Shown here: positions 13,291 to 27,743 of the stretch, piece by piece
Layout of the letters: each line of letters starts with the position of its first letter
How positions within the stretch are numbered: the first letter of the stretch is position 1
Assembly (NCBI GenBank): GCA_028534125.1
Contig: CM052817.1
Coordinates: 73,348,001-73,412,000, forward strand
Source of the DNA: Lama glama
Taxonomy: Eukaryota
Direction: 5' to 3'
DNA length: 64,000 nt
The notes under the pieces: generated by a model
What the model was told of the DNA's origin: nothing
The model's database searches: none
What the model saw: the letters and a program-made list of their open reading frames with translations, nothing else
Translations under genes and position numbers: made by a program

Positions 13291-15099
13291 TAATGTTTTT
13301 CTTGAGAAAAACCCTTAAGAAATAAAAATCTTGCTTGCAAGCTGGTTTTTCTGGCTAGGCTATTTTATTTTCCAAATTCTCGCCACCAATCTGCTCCTTT
13401 TAAGTGTGGTTAGCTGTCAGAATTTGTAGTCCAGGTTCTGATGAAGGGGGAGGGGAGAGGAAAAGCAGAAATAAATGGCTATTACCAAAGGGCAAAAGCA
13501 TTATTCTCTGAAGGATCATTATCACATATGACAACCATTCTCTTCCTAGCAACAGCCATTTATAATGTGCTTCTGTGTACAGAGATCCAGCTTTGCCTTT
13601 CTGACCTCGGCATAAACACCCAGGAGAAAGAGATGAATGTAACTCCCTTTCATTCAGTGATCTAACTGCTCCCACTGAGCTTTTCCCTCATCTGTAGGCT
13701 TTCCTCTCTTCAACAGCACTGTCCAATAAGGCCTCTTCTTTCCAGTGAGTCTGGCACCCCTTCCTTTTCCTTACTCGGTCATCTTGACCAGGCAAGCCTG
13801 CCCTGTCTATGCTCTCTTAGGGCTGGAACTGGGAGGTGTGGGTGGCAGAGCTGTTAGGCTGTCCCCCACCACAGCCAGCTCTCTCAGGCTAGGGTCTGTA
13901 GAGTTATCTAGTATAAGCACCCATGGTCAGATTTTGTTCTGGGTGTAATTTTATAATCATGAATTTATTTTTTGTTCTCTATTCCATTTGGATTTATTAT
14001 ACTTCTTGTGAAATGGCTAGCTTGTAAATGTTCAAAATTGCCCTTGGATTCAAAACACTTCTCAAAGCACTTTCCTTATACTTACTTGAATAGGTTACTG
14101 CTTAGAGCAGACAATAAACACTTAAATGATGTGTGATAAATACCACACAAACTTAGGAAAGTCTCCATAGAGGGGATGAAGTCCACGTGTTAGCACTGTG
14201 TCCTCATTAAACTTTTCACTGAGTTGTGTGTGTGTGTGTAGGTTGGGTGTGGAGTTGAGTGAATGGAGACCCTAGATAAGACTGGTTAAGTAAGGTAGGT
14301 TGGGGCCAGAATGTTTGCTTTGATAAGGAAGACTTTGGGCATTATCCTTTGAACAATGTTTACCCATAATAGATTTGCAAGTAGAGAAGTAATAGGATCA
14401 GAATTACTTTGTTTCTTCTTAAAACAAAGTAAAACTAAAATTGAATAAAAGTCCCCCAAAATGAAATGCCAGATGATCCGAAATTCTATTACAACAATCC
14501 ATAAACAGATTTCGGGGGTTTCCATCTTCATTCCACATGTCTTTTTGAGATCTACAGAGGCTACCAAATCAAGTCAAAGCCCAAATGTTGACTGTGATCT
14601 TTTGCATGAAGAATATGGAACTTTAATCTTCATCAGGCTATAAAAGCAAATCTTTCCCACATCAGCTCCCTACATTGCTTGGTCAATATTCCTGTTGTTA
14701 GAGAGCTGGCTTCTTCCCCAGTCTCACAACATTTAATGATGTTCTATGATGTTTCCTTTCTGTTTGGGACAGGTACATGAAAATATGGGCAGTGGTCTGT
14801 GGCTGATACCTAACAAGTCCATAATCACAGAATCTTGCATGAGTAACTTTGTTTAGTTACTAAATTATTATTTACAAATTTTATTTCAGTTCTACATATT
14901 GAATTTTATATAAAAATATGTATTTTTTTCTGGTTACAGCATAATATATACTTGTAAAAACTTCAAACACTATAGAAATATATTAAAGGAAAATATAAGT
15001 CCTTTATAGTTCTCTTCCCTAAAGATAATTTCCTTAGTATACACTCTTCCAGCTTTTCTTCACGTGTCAGTTGTTTAAACCAACACGTATAGGTGTTTA

Positions 15100-15688
15100 T
15101 TATTCTGTAGCTTATATTCCTCACTGAACATTTTAGATAAAATAGCACAAATTGATTTACATAATGGCTATAAGGTATTACATTTAATGGGTGATTCTAC
15201 TCTTTGGGTGCATTTCTATTGTTTCCAGTTCTTCATGTCACCTATAATATTTCCTTACATGAGATCCTAGGAGTTGAATTTCTGTGTCAGACTACACGTA
15301 TCTTGAATTTTAGTATTTATTATCAAATTGTCCTCTATAGTTAGAGTACAAATTTATGTTCCTGCTTGAAGAATATGAGACCATCTATTTCAACAAATGC
15401 TTGCCAATGTTTAGTATTTTCTCTCATTTTTTATCTTAGCAAATCTGATAGCCAAAACACATTTCATTGGATAAACATGTATTTCATCTTTTGTCATTAG
15501 GTTAAACATATTTTTGTGAGTTTGTTAGCCATTTGATTTTCCTCGTTTGTGAATGTCTGTTCAGTCTTTGTCATTTTCTGTTGGTGCTTTGGTCTCCTTC
15601 TAATTGACCTGTGAGACCTTTTTGTGTATGTTGCACATGTGATCAAATAATTTTTCCCCAGTTGGATTGGAATCCTTGGATTCCATTT

Positions 15689-15727
<39 letters not shown>

Positions 15728-15780
15728 TACTATGTTCATAAGTAGGTGGTCAAATTTATCATTTTTTCTTTCTTCATTAT
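15100..15780 (-). mobile_element. Old L1 (L1ME-like) fragment
   Basis: Degenerate antisense L1 ORF2 end; contains an (AT)n run at ~15691-15718. Confidence 0.55.
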
Positions 15781-15814
15781 ATACTTCTTTCCTGTCTAAT
15801 TCTTAAAAAAAAAC

Positions 15815-15910
15815 CCAGTTACATATTGTATGTATATGCAAAACTGGTACATTGTGCTGTATACCCAAAATTGACACATTGTAATTGACTGTACTTCAAT
15901 TAAAAAAAAA
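15815..15910 (+). mobile_element. Short lineage-specific L1 3' terminus with poly(A)
   Basis: attgacacattgtaattgactgtacttcaattaaaaaaaaa; same tail as 23336-23484. Confidence 0.75.
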
Positions 15911-16690
15911 GAATTGCCTAACATAGTAAGATGGATGTACATGATATATATGTTAAATTCTACCTTGGAAAACAGTATTTTTCCCAAATTACAAAAAAAA
16001 AAAGTTATATATACAACTATTGTACAGGTCACAACATATATCAAATATAAATTTACACATTAAAAAGTATAATACTTTTTTTCCCAATGCAGTATTGATC
16101 TTATCCTCTTACCCAGTCCTCCTCAGTTCAGCCCTTTAAAGGAACCTACTGAATATTCAATTATACAATTATTATGATATTTGATATTTTGGAAGTTCTT
16201 AGATAAGATTACACATATTTGGGATGACAATTAAATTAGCATGCATGGCCAGGTTTCACTGATCATTATAATGTATAGGAATTAAGAAAATCTAAAAATT
16301 ATATGAATCCTAAGAGTAGTTTTCTAAATATATTTAAAGAGCACATTTTTGTGTTGAACTTCAGTTAAAACTGCTTTTTTTTTTAAGCTCTTACATATGA
16401 TGCAAATAGAGAGTCCAAATAAATTGTTATTTGGATTATGGGGGTAGTAGAATTAACTTGAGGGCCAGAAAATATCTTTAAATACCTTTCTCTTTCTAAC
16501 ATGCATAATTTTCTGGATGAAGAAAGACATCATTATTTTTCTTATATTTGAAAGGTGCAGATGTGCCCCTTACCTTATGCACGTACTTTACTGTTAATAT
16601 TTACTTTTATTAGAAGATTTGTAATATGGGGGCAAATACTTGACACATATTAATCTAAAAATTATTTTTATTAATTTAAAATAGGTTTAA

Positions 16691-16831
16691 GAGAGGAGGG
16701 TATAGCTCAAGTAGTAGAACGCATGCTTTAGCATGCATGAGGTCCTGGGCTCAATCCCCAGTACCTCTTCTAAAAATAAATACACCTAATTCCCTCCCTC
16801 CTGCCAAAAAAAAGCAAAAAAAAAAAAAATT
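16691..16831 (+). mobile_element. Camelid tRNA-derived SINE (vic-1 type)
   Basis: A/B boxes and poly(A); perfect TSD aaataggtttaa at 16679-16690 and 16832-16843. Confidence 0.92.
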
Positions 16832-19800
16832 AAATAGGTTTAAATGATTTATTAATTTAAATGTTAATTATGCACAACAGGGAAAACCTGATGAAGGTTA
16901 TTAAAGGTATTCCTATCCAAAATAACCAAAAAAAGACATGGTCTTATTTTTCTGTAAATACTTCAAATGTATTCAAATGTCCAATTTTAAGCAATAGCTA
17001 GGTCTATAACTGTATTCACATATTTATAAAATCCCTAAAATGAATTTTAACATGTGTTATATTATTTCAGGAATTAAGTGCAATTAACAGTATCACTTTC
17101 AGATTTTCCCAAAAGAAAGGAGTAACAGTAACCAGGTCTTTTGAGACTGAGGAATTCCTAAGAATGTAAGTTATAATGAAGGATATCAACATCCTGAGGT
17201 GATACATTCTTCACCCAAAACTCTGTGGGGATTTTCAAAGTGAGAAATTCTTTTGTATCTTTGAAAGCAGGAAAATCAAAGGAATGTCTTTTAATCTGGT
17301 TTACATCCAGGCCAGTGAGTGGCACTAATAAGGAACAAACACATTAGCACCAAAAGGAGATGATAATTAGAAACTAAATCTTAATCCAGAGACCACAGGC
17401 TGGGATCTCTAAAGCCACTGGACTTTAAATGGAAAAATCACATTTAAATGTGCTAAATGGTAAAGTACAAGAATATTTGCATGTGAAAATGGGGGTTTAT
17501 GGGCAAATTGGTTAGGTGAATACCTTTTGTTGGGGAGATGGAAGGTGGTTTTTCTCTTGGGGTAGAGGGGGTAGGGTAGCGAAGCTCTACCTGAAAGCTC
17601 TAAATTTACAAGTAGATTTATTTTACAGATTGAAAGTTATTATTAAGTGCTGACAGTTAAGCAATTTGAATTTACTCTTAAGTGATTTATTTTAGTGGTG
17701 GTTCTCTAATTTCTGATTTTACATATTGGAATTAAGCTGCGCTTTTAGTATTGAGAATTAAAAGAAAGTGGAAGATGTGTGGAGCGTGATAGGACAGAAG
17801 TAACAACAGACTTTAAATGATATACTAATCCTCCAGTATCCTAGGGTTGGAAGGGAGAAATAGTAACTGTGAGATAAAAGGTAGAAATTGACTAAGTATT
17901 TCTAAATCTAAATGTTATCAAGATAATCCTAGCACAACGAGTTAGAAAGTTAATAGTTCTTTGTTTTAGTGATTCCCAAAGATGTCATTATGTAAATTTA
18001 CTTGTTTTTAATCGATGAAAAGATCTGGGTGTTATCCTAGAATATAATGAGTTCTGCATTAGCCAGTGAGATATAGTAAAAGCTATTTTCATACATACAC
18101 TTTTTTGGTAAGGCATCCTCTTAGTGATTCAATATTTTCAATACATCAGGAAAATGTAGTGATTAATGTTGTATGATGTAGGACACTAAAAGCCCTTCTG
18201 GAACACTCTCTTGTTCCTGAATTTCTATACTGATTTACTAGGGATACCTGAGGCACAAAACAGTTTTTAATCTGGAGCTAAATCTCCAAATTTGCCTTTT
18301 TATACAAATGTTTCCCATATGATAATTGTTAGATAGCAAGTTAAAATGATCATTGTGGGTTTTATAGAGTAAATGTGGCAGCGCAAGTCAGTAATAAAAT
18401 TCAAATTCCTAAGTGGTGGGAATTCTAATTCAGACTTGCTACAACTGAACCTTCTATGGAAACAGAGAGAACATCTTCATAACAAATCTAAAGCACATAC
18501 TATTTTTTTTTTAGGGAAGTATGTGACTTGTGTCCTTAATTCCTGGAGAGGGTTAGTTCACAATGATAAATTCTTCTTTCCTTAAATATGCTTTTTTTTT
18601 TCTTTCTAGTTGGCTGTATCATCTTATGGTTAACCTGTAAGTGTGTGTTGATTTCATACACATGAAAAACACTCCTGTTTGACCTTACTTCCTTTCCTCT
18701 AACTCCTGTTCCTGTTGGGCCTGAAGTTTCTCACACACAACTTTGTCCTGCATGTGTTCTGACAATGGATGAATACAGGATACTCATATATGTGCTTTAT
18801 GGTCCCCTGAAGCAAGGCAATTAAAAACCACTTGGTTGGAGAACATTTTGAAAGACACTCATGCTTTTTAAATGCTTAGAAGTATTGGAAACAAGAATTT
18901 GCAGATAATCAGCTTAGTAAATAACAGTTAAAAGTAGAGATAGTTCTTTAAAATAAAGATATTGGACTGAATAAAGATTTCATGATTCTAAGTCATCTTG
19001 ATTCGGTTCTTCTATGACCCCCACTCATTTCAGCAGTTATCACCATCTATAAAGTCTCCAGTGATGTCATTGGTAACGTACATGTGAGGATTTCAAATTT
19101 CTGGTGGGAAAGTGTCTTGGTTGACTTTGCATTTAGGTCTAAAACTAGATCCATAGATAAAGATTGGCAAGCATTTGCTTATGGACCTAAAGAAACTTTG
19201 AAATTTGGGAGAAAATTTTACATTCTGAAAATATATGGGAAAGCATGGCCTGTTTATTGTAAAATTTCCCAAAGTCAGCTGTCCCCAACCCTGCAGTGCT
19301 TGGGAGCTGGATAGTCAGCTACTGAACAGAGTCAGTGGATTGAAAATGATCCCAGCAGTATTTTCTAGGATTGCACCATGATGTTCTAGATGGTGCTGCA
19401 TAATAAGGAAGCAAATTTTTGACATTGAGATTCATCATACAACATAAAAGGTGTTCCTTTCACTGTTATTTGACTCTAGTCACCTTCTAATACATTATTT
19501 TCTCATTTCCATAAGTTTTTATTGGAAGCTCAAGAAAGATGCCTCAAACCCCAAACTTTTTCGATTACCCTGGTGTCCTTGAATGAGAAAAATTTAAACA
19601 GATCCATAGTTAATAAGCAGCTGTTTGTTTTCATGCAGTAGAGCGTGGATATTATTAGGCTTTATTTTATCTGTAAGAACATTCCCTTTTTCTGAAAGGG
19701 AGCAGATATTGAAGGGGTAAATCTCAGGGTAACTGAAGAGTAATTAACAGGAGGAGTCAGTGTGTATAGAAAGCCCCCAGGACCTCCTGCCCCATTCTAA

Positions 19801-22800
19801 GGCTTTTGTGGTTGAGCATATCAAGGAAAGGCAAAAAGAAAATAGAAGCCCTTCAGACGGAAGCTCACTAAGTGGGAAATGTTTACCTCTTTGTTTAGAC
19901 ATATTACCCTTCAGACTTTAAGTATTTAGGTCTGGATGGGTTATAACTGCAGACAAGAATCACAGCACACTGCCTTTCAATGAGACTTATTGTTTGCTGT
20001 CTAATATTCCTATTTACCAGTAATAAAATTATGTGTATCTATTGTATGTATCTGTGGGCTTGGAGATTTCTCCAAATCTCTGAGCCCAGGAGAAGCCCCC
20101 AGGTGAGGCTTTGAGAAACAATGAGGTCCTCTCTGAAGGAAAGGGCCTTCAGAGAGGACCTGGAACTGAGGCCTGAGGAAAGTGAGGCACCAGGCTTGTT
20201 GGAAGGTCACTGAGAACAGCGTTGCTATGAAATGAAGGCAGTGGTGGGAGAGAGACAGGTGCAGCCAGGAGAGTGTTGCTTCAAAGAGGGGGAAGGAAAG
20301 ACTGGTGTACTCTCCAAGGCCAGGCCTAGAATAAAAAAGAGGCACCTATTACCCAAAATTTCATGACCCAAAGAGCAAGCATCTCTCTTGCTTATCTTTG
20401 TCCCAGCTGTGTCCCAGATGTGAAAGGAGTGCTCACTTTGCACACACCTGTGCATGCCTTTCAAAGAGGGTTGGTAGAGTTGAGACAGATGGTAAGGGGC
20501 AGAGAATGATGTTAGTAATCAAATGAGGACAAGGAACCAGAGTGAGGTTCCTCACAGTGTCCCTTATAGAACTCAGTAGAGGACTGATGAATGAACAAAG
20601 GATTGATTTTTTCCCCCCTTGATTTTTTCTGTCTCCTAAAGAAACCATAGTTCCTCAGAGTGGGGATTAGGTTGTGCCATGTGCATAAGAAGTTTTGGCT
20701 TCAGTGATCATGTATCCTCAGGCAATAAATCCTACGAATTATAGCTAAAACAGCAGAGTGTACCCCAAACCACATTCCCCCTATTCTTTGTACTGATACT
20801 AAAAGTGACTCCCTAAGATGTCAGTCTTCACTGAGCTGGTTGCAACATCCCTTCTTGAGACCTCAGCACATCCCCCACAAGAAAAGGTCCAGAAATTTGC
20901 CCCACTTCTTAAATCCTTAACAACTCCTTTGGGATTCCTTATGCAGATGGACCTCACTTCCTACTTTAGAGATAAGATCTCTGCCATCTGGTGTAATCTC
21001 CCTCCACACCTACCTTCGCCTATCTCAGGATGCATTCCTGGCTCTACATTTTTGCTAAAGTTGTTTCCTTCAGCTCCCACCACCCCTCTTCTAATTCTGT
21101 CACTCCTCCCCTGCTGCTTAATCCTTCTCATCCTTTGGGACCTAATCTAATCCATAATTCCTCTGCAAAGTTTTCCCTGATGTTTCCTGCCCACAAAGAT
21201 ATCCTTCCTCTTTGAATTTCAATGAAGTCTGTCATAAAAAGTCTTAGAATTAAGGAACTGGCAGCTCCTTAACTTGCCTTCCAATCTAACCTCATCAGTT
21301 TAGGTATTTGCCTAGTCCTTGAACTAGTTAATGGCTTAGCTAGGACTAGATCTCTGCTTTCCTATTCCCAGGGCGATGTTAGCACCACCACCATACTTTT
21401 AAAATGAAAGCCCAAGTGTTTCTTCTCTTGCACAGGTTGCCTGATTCTGGCACATGGCATTCTAAGGGCTGGGAGCTTTCCTCCATGTTTGCAAGCATGG
21501 CACATTTTATATTGCTACATTTCCTTTGAGGGAGGGGTTGGGGTTGATTTTAGGAACAGGAGGCAGCCTGGTGTAGCAGGAAGAGCTTGAGACAGAAGAA
21601 ACAGGGTTGGGAGGACAGACATCAACTGACCATCAGAGAGCTGACTGCGTCCTTCTTTGTTCTGTTTCTGTACCCTGAACGATCTTCTCTTATTGCATGG
21701 GCCTTAATAAAACTGATTTCCAAGTGTTCATGGGTTCTTTCTTCCAAAAGCTGCTGTGAGCAGATTGAGGACAGTCTTTGAGGACATCCCACGTCCTCTG
21801 TCTGGCATGTAATTTCAACCGCAGTCAGCACTGATTTGCCTGCACTGGAGCTGTATCCTCTCTCTGGGCCCCAGTTCCCTTTTTGCCATAAAACAAAGTT
21901 TTTGGTTTGCTTGGTGATTTCTAAAATTTTTTTCAGTTCCAAATTTCTGTCGGCAATCTAAAGTTTTTGGTAAATCAAAAGTGTAGGTGGCTGTCAACTT
22001 GTGGGCTGAGTTGAGTTCTTGTGTTTTTGTTGCATGTTTTTTGGGCTGCATTCTGTCAAAAACTTTTTGCTTCCAGAGATTAAAAGTCTTCATATAAAAG
22101 TATGGATTTCTAGCTTCTCTCAAAACAAACAAACAAATAAACAAACAAACACTTTCCTTCAGATAGCTACTCTTTTGTGGCCATCACCTGCAGACTCTAT
22201 GAAGTTCACTAGGCCCCAGGTCTACAAGCCTGTTTCAGTTTTTCATCTTATTTCCCAAGCACTGTACTCACTGTGTCTGAGTCCCTGCCCTAAAGCTGCT
22301 CAGGAAAACTGCTAGAAAGGAAAGTGGTATCTCCATTAAAACAGATAATAATAATAAATAAATAAACCTGATTGTTTTTCTCATCACCCCCCCAAAAAGA
22401 AAAAAAAGTGGTAAAAGAGCTAGAATAGAAAGCAAGCATTGATAGTTTATTTATTTATCTCTTTAAAACACTTTTTCCGTAATACAAAGTAACATGTAAG
22501 TTTTTTCTTGTAATTGGAGAGACTATGTTTTGTAGGCTTCTCAAGAAACTAATATTTGTTGCCTATGGGAATAGGAGCTTATATTGTCGGAGAGGAAGGA
22601 TACTTCTGAATCTTAAAACATTTGAATGTAATAATTAAAATAGTGATATCTTCTAGTTGAGGAAAAATACAAATAAGAAAACAAACAAAAAGAAGAAAAT
22701 AAAAATCCCTGATTTTATTAACCTGCAAATGATAATTGTTAACATTTTGATGTATGCTTTTCTGTTTTTTCACCCATGTATCTAATTTTTAATATGAAAA

Positions 22801-23335
22801 GCAGGCCAAACATATATGTGTAGAGTTTTAGTTACACTAATTGTCTGAGAAAAATCAACAAATCCCTGTCTCATTCTCTAGAAAGACAGGCTACTTTTTG
22901 TTGGCAAATCTAGTCCTTTTTTTCCCATATCCTTTCACTGTGAAGTTATAGAAAGCAAGTTGTAATCAGCCTATGAAATGTAGGTGATAAATAGTGTATC
23001 AGTGACTGAGGAAACCACTCTTCTTGCAATCAGAAGTTAGAATATTTTAGATCCAGGAAGAACCTAAAAGATGAAGGTCACATCCTTCATTTTTAAAGTG
23101 AGTAAACAGGCTTCTGAAAGGTGAGTCACACAGCTGGTTGGTGGAGGAATGTGGCCTGGATCCCAGGAGAGAATACCTCCCACTGCATTGTGTCACCATG
23201 TCCTTCTAAAAACCTTAAATTCCAATGTATGGCCAGACCACCCAAGAGGAAAGCATAGCAGAAACTTGGCTTCTCTTGATATTGAAGAAATTCTATTTTG
23301 ATTTATTTAGGAATCTGATTTAAAGTAAAAGCCAA

Positions 23336-23484
23336 TAGCACAGGGAACTATGTTCAATATCTTGTAATAACCTTTAATGGAAAAAAAATAATGAAAATGA
23401 ATTTATGTATGTATATGCATGACTGGGACATTGGGCTGTACATCAGAGATTGACACATTGTAATTGTGCTTCAATTAAAAAAAA
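23336..23484 (+). mobile_element. 5'-truncated young L1 3' end
   Basis: tagcacagggaactatgttcaatatcttgtaataacc ... poly(A); perfect 14-bp TSD aaagtaaaagccaa at 23322-23335 and 23485-23498. Confidence 0.9.
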
Positions 23485-24416
23485 AAAGTAAAAGCCAAGA
23501 TTACGAATGTTAATAAATCCAAAGAAGAACAAACCAGCAACAACGAAATGACTACTGAGTTGACTGTAACCTTTTAAGCACTCAATAGATTCAACAATAA
23601 GTAATAGTAATTATATCGTTGTTTTAAGAGTTGTGCACTTCTTAATACTTTTCTGATTTTTAAGATTACTTGTCTTATTAAAAAGGTTTTCAACCCTACA
23701 GAGAAGTAAAGAGAATATTTTAATAATCCTCGGTATAACCGTCACTTGACTCAACAGTTATTAACATTTGGTCTTGCTTCATCTAAATCCTACCTTTTTC
23801 TTTCCTCCTATCCTTTATTTTTGTAGCTACAGTATTTTAAAGTCAACCCCTGACTTCTTGTCATTTCATCTTTTCCGATTGTGATTACATCATCCTGCAA
23901 TTCCCATATTACAATTTCCTTGTTGACTGTTTAGCGCACTTTCCTGAGGCCATTTAATGACGGTGATATTTCTTATCAGTAATTAACAGTATTAATGAGA
24001 ATCTATGTAGATGGCACACCATGTGTTGGGCACGGGTCCAAACATTCTACATGCATTAATTTTTTGAAGTCTCACAACAATCCTGTGGGAAGGGATCTGC
24101 TGTCATCTCTGGTTTCTAGATGAGGACTTGGAATTACGGTTAGTTTGTAGTAGATTACTTCTGAGCAGCTCATTGCTTAATTAAGATGTAATCTACTGTT
24201 TAAAGGTTATTTATCCTCAAAATGGAAGTCATGGAATTTCTCAAGCATGAATATCTTACACTTTTTGATGTTTTTGCCTGCTAGATTTTAGGGTGAATCT
24301 TATTTTTGTATCAATAGCCATCTCATCACAACACAGGAATAAAGTCTGTGGACTGAAATATGGTGTGTGTGGTAAAAGACAGAATATAAGGGGCTTCATA
24401 ATTTGGTGTTGTTAAT

Positions 24417-24917
24417 TGTAGGAGAAGAAAAGTTTTCCTTGACCCTTTTAGGGTCCCTGACTGGGTCTGCAAATTAGACTGGCAAAGACAGATAAATAGG
24501 AGAAAGCATACAAATTTATGTAATACAAGTGTTACATGACCATGGAAGCCCTTGTACGGAAAGATCTGAAGAAGAGGTTAAGCTTCAATGTTTTTATGCT
24601 CAGTTGATGAAGAGTCAAAGGTCATGGGAAGATATGATGGGACAAAGGGTGTGAAATAGTGGAGTAAACTGGGGGAAACATAGCACAGACTGTGCATTCA
24701 GATTTCGCTGTGTCCCATTCTCTTTGGAGATACGGATGCTCCTTTCCACTGGGTATAGGAAGGGCATCTCTCACCTGAGGAACTGAAGACCTGCTTCAGG
24801 GGAAGGCCAGAAAGTTCTTCCTGCACCTGCTATTTCTCAGATTCCTTCAGCTTAAAATATTCAAAATGCCAAAGTGCCCTATTGTGGTGTAGTGTGTCCT
24901 AATAATAAACCCTGTCA
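24417..24917 (-). mobile_element. ERV1 solo LTR (MER34-like), copy 1
   Basis: TG...CA termini; shared blocks with three other copies (ctttggagatacggatgctcctttcc, ttccttcagcttaaaatattc). Confidence 0.8.
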
Positions 24918-26432
24918 TACCTTTCCAAAAATGCAGTGTTTTAGTTGTGTCGTTCTGAGTTACATACAAGTTTTAAGTTAGAAAACTTAACTTATTAAGT
25001 TAGTAAAATAGAATTTATTTTTCTATTGATAGTTTAGTTTGGATTTGAAGTACAAGCCTAAGTATATTCTTTTCTCTGATCAGTTTTGAGTATCATTCCT
25101 TCCAAATTAGTTTTTCTATTTATGATTTTCAGTAAACAATACCATGGATCAGATCTACCAAACTGTCAGAACAGTCTTCACAAGGCAGCAAATCTTTCTA
25201 AAGACCAGACTTGAATTCCTCTTTTCTTTACTTTCCTAGGAATTGTTATCAGACAATAAGAACACAAGAAGTTGCATAAAAATAAGAGAATTCCCCCTGG
25301 TCTATTCCTTGGTGGTAAATTCCATCTCAATACTGTAGAGAAGTAGGGGGTGAGTAAATTAGCATGTGAAAGGAAAGCTCCCTTCCTCTCTCTCATTCTC
25401 AACTTCTCTAGTTTTGGTTGGTTTCAGTGGTATCGCTCCAGCATTTCCCTGTCATCCAGACTTGGAATCCTATTTGATTAATAGGGATTATCAGAGCTCC
25501 GTATGTTGTGGAGGACTTTATGCTTTTCAAAGTGCTTCTGCATCCATGCTATATTTTTTTCCTTTTTTCCCTTCATCTTCTTCCTATCCAATTTGTGTTA
25601 AGTTCCCATTGATTCCCTGACTATCATGTCTTTTAGATTTAACCCCTCCATTCCAGTACCTGATGCCGTAAAAATCATAGCGTGGTGGGGCTGGAAGGAT
25701 CCTTAGAGCTCATTTAATGTGAACGCCTCACCTGTTGATGGAAGAAACTGACATATGAAAGTTAAACAACTTTGGCAAGATTGTAGGTCCGTCTGAACCT
25801 CCCACCACCCAGGTCCCTGGACCACTGCCTTTCAGGCTGTAAATCACAGTCTGGTGACTTAGTTCCTTACCCCCATCGACTTCGATTCCAGTTCATTCTG
25901 TGTGGAGTTGACAGGAAACTATTTTTCGTATTCCATTTTCTTAGAGCTGGGCTTTCTGCCCTAGACTTAACGGGACTTCTTATTTTCTGATATATGAAAT
26001 CACAAGTATTTTAGGTGGGTTTATTATGTGAACCTTCTTTATAAACTATTCCTTTTTTTCTTGAACATGTATGCATTTTCTTTCTAGTACACACGTTACA
26101 TTTAAATGTATATTGCCTTTGTAATTTCTGAAGTTGTGGGTGTGTATGTTTTATTTACTCAGTATGCTTAAAATACCTGGAGTTAGAAACTGTGCCATTT
26201 ATTCCTTTTATATGCTTCTTCACAGTATTTGATACAGTGTTCGGAATTGGTACTCAATGAATAAAAATAAAGTTCTCTTCCAAGTTGAGTGCAAGGATTA
26301 GTGCTTGGAAATATTTCTTTCAGTAATGAATGCCTGTTTAATGTTTACTCATCTTCCTCTACTTCTTCCATTACTATACACCTACTTTTGCATGTAATTG
26401 TATTTTTTTCCTCATGTCACTCTATTACCTAT

Positions 26433-26898
26433 CGTAAGGGAGAAAAAACTTTTTTTTTCCTCTGTTCTTTTTAGTTCTGGACTGTGACCACTGTAAAAAT
26501 AGAGTAACAAGAGAAAAGCATTTAATATAAGTTTTATAAAACACCAGAGCCTTTATAGGGAAATGAAAACCCGATGAAACAAAATGGTGCAACCTGAGTG
26601 TTTTCATGCTAGATTTGATGAAGAGGGGAAAGTTTTGGAAAGATACGATGGGATGTGAGGTAAGTGCAGTAAACTGGGGAAAGCAGCAGGGCCTGCTCCT
26701 TCAGATTTCTCTGTGTCCCTTTCTCTTTGGAGATAAGGATGCTCCTTTCCTCTGGGTTTAGGGAGGGCTTTATGATCTGCTTTAGAGGAAGGTTAGAAAG
26801 CCCTTCCTGTCCCTGCCGTTTCTCAAATCCTTTCAGCCTGAAATATTAACTATGCCAATGTATGCTACATGTACGGCAAGGTGACCCGAACCCTATGA
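26433..26898 (-). mobile_element. ERV1 solo LTR (MER34-like), copy 2
   Basis: Same family blocks (gatttgatgaagag, gtaaactggggga, ctttggagataaggatgctcctttcc). Confidence 0.8.
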
Positions 26899-27724
26899 TA
26901 TATAAACTCCTCGAGGGAAAAAACTGAGCCTCTGGTGCACGGCACAGAGTAGGCTCTTAAGAAATATTTCCTTCGTCTGATTACCTTGAAAACATCAAGT
27001 GTTGTAGGAGTACAGGGAAGCACAGAGGAAGGAATGTTTAATTTTTCTACAGGTGACATAGTGTTAAAGAGAGCTGGATCAACATTTGAGCTGGTCCTTG
27101 AGTTTACTGGCCTGGGGGAAGGACATTTCAGGTAAAACAGTTGTGTCACCAAGGTAGGGAGAGTTCCAGCATTTTAGGTAGACTTTATCTAAGTTGCACC
27201 AGTTGATCAGTGCATTGGCAGACTGAGAATATAGACCTCTAAGGGCTATTCTGTTTCTTAGGAATAAAAGAAGTAAAAAATGTTTTGATTTTTGATTGAA
27301 TAAATTTCATTGGAACATAAAAGAATGCAGGGAAATATGTTGGCTAAGGTGAAAATGACTAAGCTCAAATCTGCCCTCTAAGTAAAGTGAGGTAATTTAT
27401 TTGGTTAAGCAGAATAACTTCTAATTTAAAATTGTAATAAGCTTGATAATATAATTCTGATTATTTACTTTTGTAACAGTTTCAAATATTTAGTGTCAGT
27501 TTTTAAAGAATCAGTTTAAAAATATTTTGTGGAAGAGAATAAAATTAAGCTATGAGTTAGATTTTCTTTTTTTTGAGTTAGATTTTCTAAATATTTTGAC
27601 ATTCTAACCTGTACTCTATTTTTTAAAACATTTTTTATTGTACTCTTTTTTTAATACTTCAAAATTGAATTTTTAGCAACTTGAAAACGTTGGTATTTTT
27701 AAAATGCTTGTGCGTCTAAGCTTT

Positions 27725-27743
27725 TGGTGCCATCTAGTGGCAG
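27725..27743 (-). promoter_or_regulatory. Candidate CTCF binding site
   Basis: Minus strand CTGCCACTAGATGGCACCA matches the CTCF core CCACYAGRKGGCRS; not in a recognisable repeat. Confidence 0.6.

Noticed and set aside
14400..14850. Coding-looking stretch, possible retrocopy or ancient LINE
   Set aside because: All frames have stops and I could not match any protein; needs blastx/Dfam
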